Virus record (IMG/VR): IMGVR_UViG_3300023283_000204 | Location: 1 to 24,103 of that record | Length of the DNA stretch: 24,103 bases | Source: a virus | Lineage: Duplodnaviria > Caudoviricetes | Reading direction: 5' to 3' (one strand) | Shown here: in pieces, positions 1 to 9,622 of the stretch | How positions within the stretch are numbered: position 1 is the stretch's first letter | Layout of the letters: each line of letters begins with the position of its first letter | Made by a program: the position numbers and the translations under genes | Notes under the pieces: generated by a model | What the model saw: the letters and a program-made list of their open reading frames with translations, nothing else | Told to the model about the DNA's origin: nothing | The model's database searches: none

Positions 1-3000
1 CTGCGTCGAACGTCTGATCGAAGCTGATGTTCGTGTCCATGTCCGCCCCCACATCGTCTTCCTGGTGGCGCAGGATCGGGAAGCCCGACCCGTGTAACAT
101 CGTGGTACGTGCAAACCCAACGGACGATAGATGCTGTTGTACCGTGTTGATCGGGGCGTTGTCGGACGGACGGAGCATGTTGTCGGTCACCGTCTCCGAT
201 GCGGTATCGATCAGGTCCCGCAGGCCGTCCGCCGAACGCACGGGCCCCTTCACGGATTCTGCGCCCGGCACTTCGCCGCCGAACCCGCTGCGGTGGCGGT
301 CGTCCTCCAGCGGGCCGCGACCGAGGCCCGGCAGGTCGCCGCGTTCGATGAACGGCGGGATGAACAGGGTCTGTTCGGCGCTCTCCGGGTTGTCCTGGAC
401 CCCCGTATCGCGAGCCTTGTAGACCAGCTCACGGTCGAATACCGCGCCCCGGGATACCGTCACCGTGTCGGGCGCGGCGCGCCACCCCTGCCAGTCGAGT
501 ATGAGCCGGCCCGTCTGCGCCTCGATTAGCTTGTAGTTGACCTCCAGCGACGACGTACCCAACGCACCCGCGATCGCGTCGAGCGTCACGTCCTGGAACA
601 CCGGGTTCGTCGTACGCAGGGGCTCGGCCGTCGCCGTCGGTACGACGAGCACGCCGGTGTCGCCGCCCGGCCGGACCTGCTGGTCGCTCTTGATGGTCTC
701 GACGGGCGCCAGCGTGGTGGCCGCGTTCTCGCCGCGGGCCTTCACCCACAGGATATTACCTTTGGGTACGGTGCCGGCGAACGTGACGCTGCCCTCGCGG
801 GCGTTGATCGTCGCGTCGGCGTTCGCTGCCGTCGGATCGACGGGCTCGCTGCCGTCGGTGGTCATGGTCAGGTGGATCTTGGCGGTGTCGCTGTCGCCAC
901 CCGCGTCGGCGCCCGGCGTACCGTCGTCACGGATCCATGCGCCGAGGTGCTGGACCTGGGCCACCTGTTCCTGGTCGAACGCCACGACGCTACCGGCGAC
1001 ACGCTTCGTCGTGCCCGCCTCGAACACTTCGTACTTGACAAACGATAGATCCTTCTCGACCAGCGTCACGCTGTCCTGTGTCGTCTGGCCCAACGTCAAC
1101 CCCGACGCGCTCGTGCCCGATACGAAGCTGCCGTCGCGGCCCTGCTTGGTCTCGAACTGTACGTCGTACGCGCCCGTCTCGGCGACGATCGTCAATGCCA
1201 GCGTGCCCGCCGTATCGGTCTCCGACACGTCCTCGACCACGATACCGCGCGTATCGCCAAACAGTAACCGCGCTTCCTTGACGGGACCCAGCACGCCGTC
1301 GCTGTTCTTGGACCGCGCCTTGACGCGTGCCTCCTCGCCACGTGCCAGCGCCACGCCCGTATCGACCGATCCCACGCGGCCCGCGATCACCGAATCGGAC
1401 GCCGTGTCGTCGGGGTCGGGCGGGTCCGCGTCCACGCCGACACGTGCGCGTATTTCGGTGGTGTCGCTGTCGCCGCCCGCCGCCACGAGCACCGTGTCGG
1501 ACGGTGTCAGTGTAGCGACCAACGTGTTGACCTCGGCCGTGCGATCGGCGTCGAACGCCACCGTACCGCCGCCCAGCAGCGTACCCTCATCGTTGTCGGT
1601 GATTTCGTACCTGATGAACGACAGGTCGCCCTCGACCAGTGTCACGTCCTGCTGCGTGAACTGACCGGCCGTGAGCGCGGTCGCGCTACCGGCGGCCACG
1701 AAGCTGCCGTCGCGGCCCTGTTTCGTCTCGAACTGGATGTCGTAGGACCCGACCTCCGCGCGTACGGTCAGCGTCAGTGTGCCCGTCGTACCGGTTTCCG
1801 CGATGTTCTCTTCGACGATACCACCGCGCGTGTCGCCGAACCGCAGCCTACCCTCGGTCACGGGTCCCAGTTCGCTGTTGGCGTTCACGCCGCGTATCTT
1901 GACGTGTGCTGTCTGGCCGCGCGACAGCTTGACGCCCGTGCTACCGGTACCAGCACGCGCGTTAATCACGAGGTCGTCGTCCACCGTACCGTCGGGGTCG
2001 ACGGGGTCGGCGTCGATGCCGACGCGTGCGCGTATCTCGGTGGTATCGGAATCGCCGCTGCCCGACACGATGACGTTGCGATCAACGTCCAGCGTGATTT
2101 CCGGCGGGCCGACCTCGGCCACGGCGTCGGGATCGAACGTGACGACCGACCGCGCCAGGCTGTTTGTGGTGCCAGCTTTAAACAGTTCGTACCGGATGAA
2201 TGCGTTCTGGCCCTCGATCAGGTCGACGTCCTGCGACGTCTGTTGACCCGACGACAGACCGGTCACGAGCGGCTGCGTGTTCCACGTCGTGCCGCGACCC
2301 TGCCGCGTGGCGAACTCCACGTCGAACGTGCCGCTGGCCGCCGCTGTCGTCAGCGTGAGCCGACCCTCGACGGTACCGTCGCCATCGAAGTCGTCCTCCT
2401 GGATGTCCTCCAGTACGAACGCGCCGCCGATGTCCGACGCCACGAAGTCGGTGTCGAGCACCACCGTAGCCGTTACGGGATCTGAGCGGAGTCCCGGGCC
2501 GAATGTGTTGACCGCGACGACCTTGACTTCCCACGTCTCACCTTCACGGCCACGGCCGATCATTTTCTGCTGGTCGCCGTTGTCCAGCCGCTCCGCGCCG
2601 TCCACCGACTCCAGCCGCTCGAAGTCTTCGTCGACTGGGCTTCCGCCGGCGTCTTCCGTCCGTCGGACAGAGATCTCTGTGCGGTCGAAGAACGGGTCCT
2701 GCGGAGGAGTCCAGGTGGCCTTGATACGGGGGATCTTGTCCCCCGCCGGAGTGATGAGCTGTGTCGATTGATCCGACGTCAGGGTCAAGTTGGTGACGGG
2801 AGCGATCGAGAACGGATCGGGCAGGCTGGAGCCCGGCACCGTAGGTTCGGCGTTCTGCGGGTCGAGGCTGTACGCGTTTGAATCGAATTCCGACAGCGTC
2901 AGTCGGGCCCGTGCCGACTCACCGCCCTCGGACGGATCCGGCGGAAGGATTCCCACCTCGTCGACCCACATTTCCTTGTCGGTCCAATCGGGCGTCGGGT

Positions 3001-4333
3001 GAGTGATCTTGACGACATCGCCGGCTTCGAGCTCGAGGGCCGCTTCGGTGGCGGTCAGCTGTGCGCCGACGTCCTCGCGCGCCTCTCGCAACAATACCAT
3101 CGCGATCTGCTGGGCGCGGACGAAGTTGGTGGTGGCCGGAAGGTCGATCTCCATCTGCTTGGGGACGCTGTTGTCGTCGTCGAGGAAAGGGTTGTTCCCC
3201 GGGTCCGGCCACTGGACCTCGTCGGTGACGAAACGGTTGTTTTCGTTCGGGAACTTGGCGATGACCGTGTTGGGTACCTCGCGGGATCCGGCCCGTTTCC
3301 ATGTCCAATCGCCGATGATGTTCGATTCGTCGAGCGTGAAGTCGACCGGCGTGACAGGCTTGCGGCTAAACACCCTCCACTGACCGCCCTGATAGACCAG
3401 CTCGGCGCGTGCGGACGACTTGAGGATCTCGAGGTTCTCCGCCCAGTTCGCCTCCGTGTCGAGCCACACGTCGCAGGTGAAGCGGTCCTGCACGCCGCCC
3501 GAGCCGTCCTGGACCTGTTCTTCGCAGAAGTTGGCCAGGTCGATGAAGCTCTGCTCGTCGATCTCGGAAGCCTCGGTCCCGCCGTCCCGCTCGGGATAGG
3601 GTGCGCCCACCCCATACCGCTTCGAGGTCAGGTAATCGAGGATGCAAAGCGCCGGGTTGTTCGACCACTTCCACGTCTGATCCCGGGGGTCGTAGACGCG
3701 GTTCCCCTTCACCTCGGCGGTGATGTTCGGGATCCCCGAACTGAAGACCTCCTTGTCGAACGTCAGGAAAGTGTGGACGTAGGCAATCCCGAGCCCACGA
3801 GAGGAGGTGGGCCACTCGCTCGAAAACCGCGCGTTGGCCACCCCGTCGACCGACTGGGAATCCGAGCCTGTTCCGATGCGATAGGTCAGCTTGCCGGAGA
3901 AGAAGTCGGTGACGCCCGCCGTCTCGTCGTCGGTATTGAGTGTCGGGCCGTCGATGGCAAGCCGCTCGTCGAAGAAGACCTTGGTGACGCCCTCGATGCC
4001 CGACCCGTCCTCGGAGGCGACCATCGGGGCGACGCCCCGAAACAGAAACTTCCGGTCTTCCGAGTTGGGGTCGACGCGGGTTTCAGAAAGCGCTCCCCCC
4101 ATCTTCGTCGTCCCGTAGACGATCTTGGTCGAGGCCACCCCGGAGGCGACGTTGCCCTGGATCCCCTCTTGGGAGGGACGCTGCTGAAAGACCGACCGCT
4201 GGAGAAGCCCCGCACCGAACGTCACGCCCGCAATCGCACCCGCAGCGGACAGCGACGCCCCGGCCACGACCGCGGCACCGCCTGTGGCGAGCCCCGAGAT
4301 GACGAGCGGGACGAGTGCGCCAGCAGGAGGCAT
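1..4333 (-). CDS. Tail tip / central tail fibre protein (lambda gpJ-like), partial, runs off left edge (>1440 aa)
   Basis: Not in ORF track because no stop lies in the window. ATG at 4333 overlaps the upstream stop (TGATG). Manual translation of most of the frame found no stop down to base 2: MPPAGALVPLVISGLATGG..., KIVYGTTKMGG, GLGIAYVH, PNITAEVKGNRVYDPRDQTWKWSNNPALCILDYL, RFTCDVWLDT, an FN3-like PVTNLTLT...WTPP...WEVKVVAVN segment, then tandem repeats. Position after Dit-hub-NlpC is canonical. Confidence 0.9.
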   Translation of the reverse strand, partial: MPPAGALVPLVISGLATGGAAVVAGASLSAAGAIAGVTFGAGLLQRSVFQQRPSQEGIQGNVASGVASTKIVYGTTKMGGALSETRVDPNSEDRKFLFRGVAPMVASEDGSGIEGVTKVFFDERLAIDGPTLNTDDETAGVTDFFSGKLTYRIGTGSDSQSVDGVANARFSSEWPTSSRGLGIAYVHTFLTFDKEVFSSGIPNITAEVKGNRVYDPRDQTWKWSNNPALCILDYLTSKRYGVGAPYPERDGGTEASEIDEQSFIDLANFCEEQVQDGSGGVQDRFTCDVWLDTEANWAENLEILKSSARAELVYQGGQWRVFSRKPVTPVDFTLDESNIIGDWTWKRAGSREVPNTVIAKFPNENNRFVTDEVQWPDPGNNPFLDDDNSVPKQMEIDLPATTNFVRAQQIAMVLLREAREDVGAQLTATEAALELEAGDVVKITHPTPDWTDKEMWVDEVGILPPDPSEGGESARARLTLSEFDSNAYSLDPQNAEPTVPGSSLPDPFSIAPVTNLTLTSDQSTQLITPAGDKIPRIKATWTPPQDPFFDRTEISVRRTEDAGGSPVDEDFERLESVDGAERLDNGDQQKMIGRGREGETWEVKVVAVNTFGPGLRSDPVTATVVLDTDFVASDIGGAFVLEDIQEDDFDGDGTVEGRLTLTTAAASGTFDVEFATRQGRGTTWNTQPLVTGLSSGQQTSQDVDLIEGQNAFIRYELFKAGTTNSLARSVVTFDPDAVAEVGPPEITLDVDRNVIVSGSGDSDTTEIRARVGIDADPVDPDGTVDDDLVINARAGTGSTGVKLSRGQTAHVKIRGVNANSELGPVTEGRLRFGDTRGGIVEENIAETGTTGTLTLTVRAEVGSYDIQFETKQGRDGSFVAAGSATALTAGQFTQQDVTLVEGDLSFIRYEITDNDEGTLLGGGTVAFDADRTAEVNTLVATLTPSDTVLVAAGGDSDTTEIRARVGVDADPPDPDDTASDSVIAGRVGSVDTGVALARGEEARVKARSKNSDGVLGPVKEARLLFGDTRGIVVEDVSETDTAGTLALTIVAETGAYDVQFETKQGRDGSFVSGTSASGLTLGQTTQDSVTLVEKDLSFVKYEVFEAGTTKRVAGSVVAFDQEQVAQVQHLGAWIRDDGTPGADAGGDSDTAKIHLTMTTDGSEPVDPTAANADATINAREGSVTFAGTVPKGNILWVKARGENAATTLAPVETIKSDQQVRPGGDTGVLVVPTATAEPLRTTNPVFQDVTLDAIAGALGTSSLEVNYKLIEAQTGRLILDWQGWRAAPDTVTVSRGAVFDRELVYKARDTGVQDNPESAEQTLFIPPFIERGDLPGLGRGPLEDDRHRSGFGGEVPGAESVKGPVRSADGLRDLIDTASETVTDNMLRPSDNAPINTVQQHLSSVGFARTTMLHGSGFPILRHQEDDVGADMDTNISFDQTFDA
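690..2430 (-). repeat. Three tandem ~192-194 aa repeats within the tail-tip protein (boundaries approximate)
   Basis: Recurring motifs EFATRQGRG / QFETKQGRDGSFV / QFETKQGRDGSFV and GDSDTTEIRARVG / GDSDTTEIRARVG / GDSDTAKIHLTM. Identical 23-mer acgaagctgccgtcgcggccctg at 1122-1144 and 1698-1720 (576 nt period); the third copy lies 582 nt further. Confidence 0.9.
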
Positions 4334-4755
4334 CAGGGCACCCGCAGCGTCAGCAGGTCACGCGGCAGGCGACCAATCGGCGATCGGATCACATGCTCAC
4401 CTTCGGGACAGAGGACCACGGCCCTGTCGACCACGACGCCCGCCCCGCCGAGCCGGTTGTCTTCTGTCGGCGCCTCGATCGCGATGTCAGCCTGACGGGC
4501 GAACGCCAGCGTCGTCTCTTCGGCCCCCAGATCGAGAACCGCACCCGAGATGCCGTCGGTCTCTCCGAACAGCCGAATCGCGCCGGTCTGTGTCTCGTAC
4601 CAATCGAGGTGGGGCACCGGATCTTCGCCGTAGACCACCGACAGGGCGCTACGGACCAAACTGCCGCAGTCGGTCTCCCCCCACCGGAACGGACGCCCGA
4701 GCATGTCCGCCTGCCAATCCATAATCTTGACGTCCCAGTTCCGGACCCGGTCCAT
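4333..4755 (-). CDS. NlpC/P60-like tail tip assembly protein (lambda gpK-like position)
   Basis: FRWGETDCGSLVRSALSVVYG (F-x-WG-x-x-DC motif). TGATG overlaps at both ends; lies between hub and tail tip. Confidence 0.8.
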   Translation of the reverse strand: MDRVRNWDVKIMDWQADMLGRPFRWGETDCGSLVRSALSVVYGEDPVPHLDWYETQTGAIRLFGETDGISGAVLDLGAEETTLAFARQADIAIEAPTEDNRLGGAGVVVDRAVVLCPEGEHVIRSPIGRLPRDLLTLRVP

Positions 4756-5480
4756 CAACGCCTCCCCGTCGGATCGTCGGGACCTCGACCGCCGCGGCCA
4801 CCACCGCCGCCCCCCCCTCTCGGACCGGCGCCGCCACCGCTCGTGGTGGCTTCATCCGGGGCGTTGGTGCCCCAGAAGATCCGACGGCCGGGCAGGTTCG
4901 GTACGTTTTGGAAGTAGGTGTCCCCCGTGGACAATCCGGCACGGGCCAGCATCGCGTTGTGAGATCGCTGGTTCGTCCGGACCGGCTTCGACTGCCTCAG
5001 GTCGGCCAGTCGGCTTCTGACCCGTGTCTCGATGTCGACCGTGGCGGGCCCCTCGTGGGAGCCGGGCGTCTCGGTGATCGAGTAGTCACCGAGCTGTCGG
5101 CCGCGGAAGATGAGCAGCGTGTCCGACACGCTCCCGTCGGTGACCGTCGCGCGCCAGATCCGCGCCTCCCGGCCGCGAAAGCTGTTGTTGAGCAGCGCGG
5201 AGATGATCGTCTGTTCGACGCCCGACAGCCTGATCCTCGTCCCCTGTGCCCGCTCGCGGGCGGTCTCCTGTGCCCCTCCCCACGACAGCCAGCCGCCGCT
5301 GCCCTGAAACGTGACTTCCCCCGTGCCGTCCGGATCCGCGTTGATGTCGTCTCCGGCCGTCGCGAGCCGGACTTCCGTCTCGGACGACCCGGTCCAGAAC
5401 TTGAGCTCCAGCAAATAGACGACCGTGCCGGTCTCGGCCTGGATCGCTGCCTGCTGTCCGCTCGTCAGTTCACGGGTCAC
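4755..5480 (-). CDS. Baseplate hub / minor tail protein (241 aa)
   Basis: Synteny between Dit and NlpC. VYLLELKF...VTFQGSGGWLSWGGAQET...RIRLSGV...FRGREARIWRA pattern resembles siphophage hub proteins; Gly/Arg-rich C-terminus; GTGA overlap. Confidence 0.7.
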   Translation of the reverse strand: MTRELTSGQQAAIQAETGTVVYLLELKFWTGSSETEVRLATAGDDINADPDGTGEVTFQGSGGWLSWGGAQETARERAQGTRIRLSGVEQTIISALLNNSFRGREARIWRATVTDGSVSDTLLIFRGRQLGDYSITETPGSHEGPATVDIETRVRSRLADLRQSKPVRTNQRSHNAMLARAGLSTGDTYFQNVPNLPGRRIFWGTNAPDEATTSGGGAGPRGGGGGGGRGGRGPDDPTGRR

Positions 5481-6637
5481 GGTGCCTCCAGAAAGGTGAC
5501 GCGGAGGCCCCCCATCAACTCACTCGGCAGTGCTTCTGGCATCGTATAGTCGACGATCTTGGCCCGGATGCGACTCTTCTGCAGCCGAAGCGCCGCCCCA
5601 TCGGCGGGTGTGTTGCCAGACAGAATTTCCGGTTCGATCGTGAGGGTGGCGTCGCCGTTGGAGTCGGAGTCCGCATCTTCGGTCGCCCGGAAAGCCGTCA
5701 CGATCTCGTCGGCCTCCGCATCCGCCTGTGTGGCGCCGCTGCCACCGATGCGAATCAGGTCTCCCGCTCGGACCACGTTCGTCGTCGACGCCGGCCACCC
5801 GGCGGTATCCAGCGTATCTCCCGTCTGGCTTCCGCCGCTGACGTGGGGGTTGGCGTAGGTGGCAGGGTCGGAGGAGGCGCGGAGGAGGCGGGCGTTGCGC
5901 CAGAACACGCTACCCGACACACCGTCTGTTTTCAGGCGGGCCAGCACCCGTACAAAGGCGGACGCAGCGCCGTCGGGGGCCTCTATACTCTCACGGGTGA
6001 GCCGGGAGAAGGAGCCATCCAGCGTGAAGTCCTGCGCGCTACCGCCGAACTGCGAACCGTCTGCGTCCCGAAACCGTATCGTCCACTGCGTCTGCACATC
6101 GCTTACTGGATCGAATGTCGTACGCGCCTCGATAGAAAGCGTGATAACATCTCCCGCGAAGACCCTCACAATCTCTTGGCGCATAAATATCTGATCGCCG
6201 TCCAACCCCGTTCCGTCTTGCTCAAACTCTTGGGAGTCGTCCGTCGTATCGAGCTTGGCCGTCCAGCCGGTCTCAGAACCCTCAAGGTTCCACGAATCTA
6301 CCACCCCGTCCCCGTTGGTGTCGTCCTTCATCTCGGCGTCGCGGATCAGGTTCTCATCGGCGGCGCCCCCCGATGGATTTCGCGCGCCAAGCAGCGTCGG
6401 GTGTTGCACCCAGAACAGCGTCCCGAGACGTGCGTGCCGTTCGATAAACGCGAGAAGCCGCTCTACCTCCGCCTCGCCTGCCTTCAGAATCGGCCAGCTC
6501 TCCTCCCACCGGATCCCTCGCGCCGTCGTCGAGCGTGTCTGTACCTGCCCCTGTGCAGATACCGACTGACGCGCCATACGCCCCATCGGACGACGCGCCC
6601 GGTTCGGCATCTTGTCTCGCGGGAAAGGAACGGCCAT
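5477..6637 (-). CDS. Distal tail protein (Dit) with inserted carbohydrate-binding-like domain
   Basis: Immediately follows TMP. Dit-like ends (GQVQTRS...W, VSGGSQTGDTLDTAGW...AGDLIRIG, ATLTIEPEI, VTFLEAP) flank an insert starting ENLIRDAEMKDDTNGDGVVDSW that resembles galactose-binding/CBM4-9-like modules. Confidence 0.75.
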   Translation of the reverse strand: MAVPFPRDKMPNRARRPMGRMARQSVSAQGQVQTRSTTARGIRWEESWPILKAGEAEVERLLAFIERHARLGTLFWVQHPTLLGARNPSGGAADENLIRDAEMKDDTNGDGVVDSWNLEGSETGWTAKLDTTDDSQEFEQDGTGLDGDQIFMRQEIVRVFAGDVITLSIEARTTFDPVSDVQTQWTIRFRDADGSQFGGSAQDFTLDGSFSRLTRESIEAPDGAASAFVRVLARLKTDGVSGSVFWRNARLLRASSDPATYANPHVSGGSQTGDTLDTAGWPASTTNVVRAGDLIRIGGSGATQADAEADEIVTAFRATEDADSDSNGDATLTIEPEILSGNTPADGAALRLQKSRIRAKIVDYTMPEALPSELMGGLRVTFLEAP

Positions 6638-6640
6638 CGT

Positions 6641-9034
6641 CTACATCCCCTGCTGGATGCCCTGCCGGACGAGTCCAGTGATCTGTGCTTGATGGCGCTT
6701 GAGCAGCTCAAATGTGTCGCGAGGACCGAGACTGGCGACCCTTATATCAGTACGATTGTTGACAACTGGTCCCCCCTGGCCCCCCGACCGAACACCGCCC
6801 CGCGACAGAGCACTGGCCGCGCCTGAGGACATCGACATTTCCGGCGTGCGAGGAACCGCTGCGTCGGCGACCTCTTGAGCGCGGCGTGCCAATTCACCTC
6901 GCGTTCGATCCATCCCGGCGATGATACCCCGAACGATACCTTCACCAACGGGAACAAGCGCCCGAGCAGGCGAAGAGATCTTGAGCGCGGAAGTCAACTG
7001 GCCCACGATAAACTTGCTTGCCAGGTTAGTTAGGAACCGCCCGAGCAAATCTTTGAGGTTGCCAGAGCCTGTGATGATTCCCTGCACGATCGATTCACCC
7101 ACCGATACCGCGCTTCGCCTGGCAAACCGAGACATCTCTTTGAGGTTGTCACCCAACCCGCCCTCGAGTCGCTCTCGAAGCCGCGCCTTGAGCTGTTCGG
7201 CATCGGACTCTGATAGGATGTTGAGCTTTAGCGCCTGGTTGATGGTGTCGATCTGCGTTTGAATTCGTTCGGCTTCGGTTTGAACAGATCGTCGGATCGC
7301 ACCTACTGCATCTCGTACCCGGTTGGCAGCTTGGCTCGTTTCAGCTGACCGAGCCACTGCTCCGATGTCCATCAACTGACTAAAGTCGAAGTCGGGACCC
7401 TGTGCTTCAAATCCGGCCAGTGCCCTTTCGCCGATGCGTGCGAAGGATTCAGCTGCACGTTCAGCCTGCGTCGCCATCTCGCGGGTGGCGGTCGCGGCAC
7501 CGACGGTCGACTTCTCGGTCTCACGGGTCGCGTTCTCGGTCGAATCCACGATGCCGAGAACCTCGCCCCACGCACGTCCCGCCTCCGTTGTCGTGTCGAC
7601 GATGTCGCGTAGATCTTTGCCGATCGCCTGTGCGCCACGATCTGCCAGCTCCAACGCGCCCTCCGCATCGAGAAGCGCGAACCGCCAATCGACCCCAATG
7701 ATCTCAGCTGCCCTGTTGAGTGGCCGAATGAGGGTGTTGATTCGACGAGCGATCTGGCCGAACAATTCGAAAACAGCCGTGAGTGCTCCAGCGACCACCA
7801 CCTCCACCACGTTCCCAACCAACCGAAACCCGGAGACGATCGTCTGGACGGCCGCGCCCGCGACGTCAGCGAGGATTCGGAATGTTTCGGTTTGCTCATT
7901 GACGTCAATCAATGCCGCGGCCGCTTCGTTGATCGCTTGGCGCAGCGGCGTACCGATAGTGGTGCTTGCCTCAAGGGCGATGTTGTTCAACTGGCCAAAC
8001 CGAGACTCGGTGATGCCGATAAATTGAGCGAACTCCTTACCGATTGACGTACCCTCCTCGAACGCGGTGGCCATCGCACCCTGCGCGTCGACCACCTCGT
8101 CGAGGTTCTGAGCGAGTCCGCGAAGAACCTTGAGGCTCGTCTCTTCCAGCTCGCTGGCGAGTATGTCTGCTGACTGACCCCCCTGACGCATCACACGCGA
8201 CAGGGTGATGATGGCGTCCGCCGGGCTCTCCTGAACCATCGCTCGGAACGCCTGTGTGGAAATGCCGAGGGCGCGGCCGAACGCGGCAGCCCTGTCCGGG
8301 TTGCCAATCACCGACGCGAGACGATTCAGTCGCGTGCCGGCACGCTGAGACGAAGCGGAGACCTGAGCCAGGGATGCAGCCAGAGCGACGATCTCGCCCT
8401 GTGTCGCTCCGACGGACGCGAGACCCGGGGCCGCGCGGAGCGACGCATCCAGAACCTCGCTGAACGAGACAGCCATTGTGTTCGACGCCTCGTTCACCAC
8501 CGAGGCAAGGTTTCGGATCTCGGAGATCGGCGTCTGGGTGATCTTGGCCAATCGCGCCATGGAAGTGGCCGCTTGATCGGCACTCAGATCGGTCGCGATT
8601 CCGACTTCAGCCATCACCTGCGTGAACGTGCGAATGTCTTTCGTCCCGCGAACGCCCAGTCGGGCCGCCGAAGCGGCCACGTCGAGCAGTCGGTCTCGGG
8701 CGACCGGCAGCGAGGTGGACAGATCCCGAATCTCGGCCGCCACCGCGTCGGCCTCGACCGACCCGAGGAGCTTAGCCAGCTCGGCCGTCGCGGTCTCGAA
8801 CTCGATGGCGGCCTGTGCCGCGCCCCGCAGTCCACGCGCGCCGGTGAGCGCACCCAGAGCGACACCAACTGCCTTGAGCGGTCCCGGAAGTGACGCGAGG
8901 GCGGCTGTCATTCCCCCGGCGTTGCTCGTGAACGTGCTCATCGCAGCGGCACTCGAAGCGATGGCTCGCCGAAACGTGGTGGCACCCTTCGCTTCAAGGT
9001 TTGCCTGAAGAGAACGAATGGTCGCAGCGGCCAT
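6641..9034 (-). CDS. Tail tape measure protein (TP901-family core), 797 aa
   Basis: Long Ala-rich helical protein with AAIEFETATAELAK...ARLGVRG...VATDLSADQAATSMARL...AGTRLNR core and KISSPAR...VGEGIVRG C-terminal motif; follows the tail chaperones. Confidence 0.93.
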   Translation of the reverse strand: MAAATIRSLQANLEAKGATTFRRAIASSAAAMSTFTSNAGGMTAALASLPGPLKAVGVALGALTGARGLRGAAQAAIEFETATAELAKLLGSVEADAVAAEIRDLSTSLPVARDRLLDVAASAARLGVRGTKDIRTFTQVMAEVGIATDLSADQAATSMARLAKITQTPISEIRNLASVVNEASNTMAVSFSEVLDASLRAAPGLASVGATQGEIVALAASLAQVSASSQRAGTRLNRLASVIGNPDRAAAFGRALGISTQAFRAMVQESPADAIITLSRVMRQGGQSADILASELEETSLKVLRGLAQNLDEVVDAQGAMATAFEEGTSIGKEFAQFIGITESRFGQLNNIALEASTTIGTPLRQAINEAAAALIDVNEQTETFRILADVAGAAVQTIVSGFRLVGNVVEVVVAGALTAVFELFGQIARRINTLIRPLNRAAEIIGVDWRFALLDAEGALELADRGAQAIGKDLRDIVDTTTEAGRAWGEVLGIVDSTENATRETEKSTVGAATATREMATQAERAAESFARIGERALAGFEAQGPDFDFSQLMDIGAVARSAETSQAANRVRDAVGAIRRSVQTEAERIQTQIDTINQALKLNILSESDAEQLKARLRERLEGGLGDNLKEMSRFARRSAVSVGESIVQGIITGSGNLKDLLGRFLTNLASKFIVGQLTSALKISSPARALVPVGEGIVRGIIAGMDRTRGELARRAQEVADAAVPRTPEMSMSSGAASALSRGGVRSGGQGGPVVNNRTDIRVASLGPRDTFELLKRHQAQITGLVRQGIQQGM

Positions 9035-9420
9035 CAGGTCACCCCAAATACGCTGAGGCGAGAGCCGAGACGGTTGGCGATCCTGTCGGCGATTCGTCCA
9101 CGGTTTGCGTCAAACGCGGGCCGCAGCGATGGCTGGGCGCTTACGTGAACAGTGCCGAGTTCCACAAAGTGAAAGAACCAACCAGCGGGACCGGGACCTA
9201 CAGCCACCAAAACCCCGCCTCGGAAGCTTTTGCGCTGGGTCTCCTTCTTGGCGCTTTCGGCCAGCCGGCCCGTATCCCGTGGAATTCGTGGAACCCAATC
9301 ATCCAGCAGGAGGTCAGCGCCCGCGTTCAGGGCGTCCTCAATGTCGTCGACGTCGATGGAGCCGATCGCCTCGATCTCTGCCTGAAAATCACGGGACGCC
9401 TGGTCTATCCGTGTGGCCAT
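9034..9420 (-). CDS. HK97 gp10-like tail completion protein
   Basis: PRDTGRLAES and FHFVELGTVHVSAQPSLRPAFD match the HK97-gp10 pattern (P-x-DTG-x-L-x-x-S; F-x-E-x-GT-x-x-x-x-A-x-P-x-LRPA). ATG at 9420 is chosen just after the stop of the frameshift product. Confidence 0.88.
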   Translation of the reverse strand: MATRIDQASRDFQAEIEAIGSIDVDDIEDALNAGADLLLDDWVPRIPRDTGRLAESAKKETQRKSFRGGVLVAVGPGPAGWFFHFVELGTVHVSAQPSLRPAFDANRGRIADRIANRLGSRLSVFGVT

Positions 9421-9421
9421 C

Positions 9422-9622
9422 CTAGCGACCTTCAATACGCGAGACGGCTCGCTGTTTCAGGTGGTCTCGCATTTCCTCTTCGCGCTCCATTCGATAGAAT
9501 GCCCGCCACTCCTCGAGCAGGGGGGCGGGCATCGCATTCATCAGCGCCGGCACGTTCCAGATTCCAAGGTCTTTCGCGATCCGGAAGGCCCACAGTCGCG
9601 TGGGCCGCCGCTTCAGTTTCCC
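9422..9622 (-). CDS. Tail assembly chaperone frameshift extension (gpGT-like C-terminal part)
   Basis: -1 frame after GGGAAAC reads LKRRPTRLWAFRIAKDLGIWNVPALMNAMPAPLLEEWRAFYRMERE...IEGR*, fills the gap exactly, and has the typical gpT-like L-x-E-W-x-A-F-Y motif. Not in ORF track. Confidence 0.85.
   Translation of the reverse strand, partial: GKLKRRPTRLWAFRIAKDLGIWNVPALMNAMPAPLLEEWRAFYRMEREEEMRDHLKQRAVSRIEGR
9587..9622 (-). promoter_or_regulatory. Programmed -1 ribosomal frameshift site with downstream hairpin
   Basis: G GGA AAC (X XXY YYZ, 9616-9622) immediately before the TGA of the chaperone; hairpin GGCCCAC-gcgact-GTGGGCC (9587-9606) 9 nt downstream. Confidence 0.85.

Noticed and set aside
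27-4495. Long plus-strand ORFs (e.g. 537-1664, 2999-4495) and similar ones across the window such as 13411-14757
   Set aside because: Antisense shadows of high-GC minus-strand genes: Ser/Arg/Pro-rich or motif-free, and fully overlapping recognisable phage genes.
4770-4850. Gly/Arg-rich RGG-like tail on the hub protein
   Set aside because: Low-complexity Gly-rich C-termini are common in this tail protein class; no further support for RNA binding.
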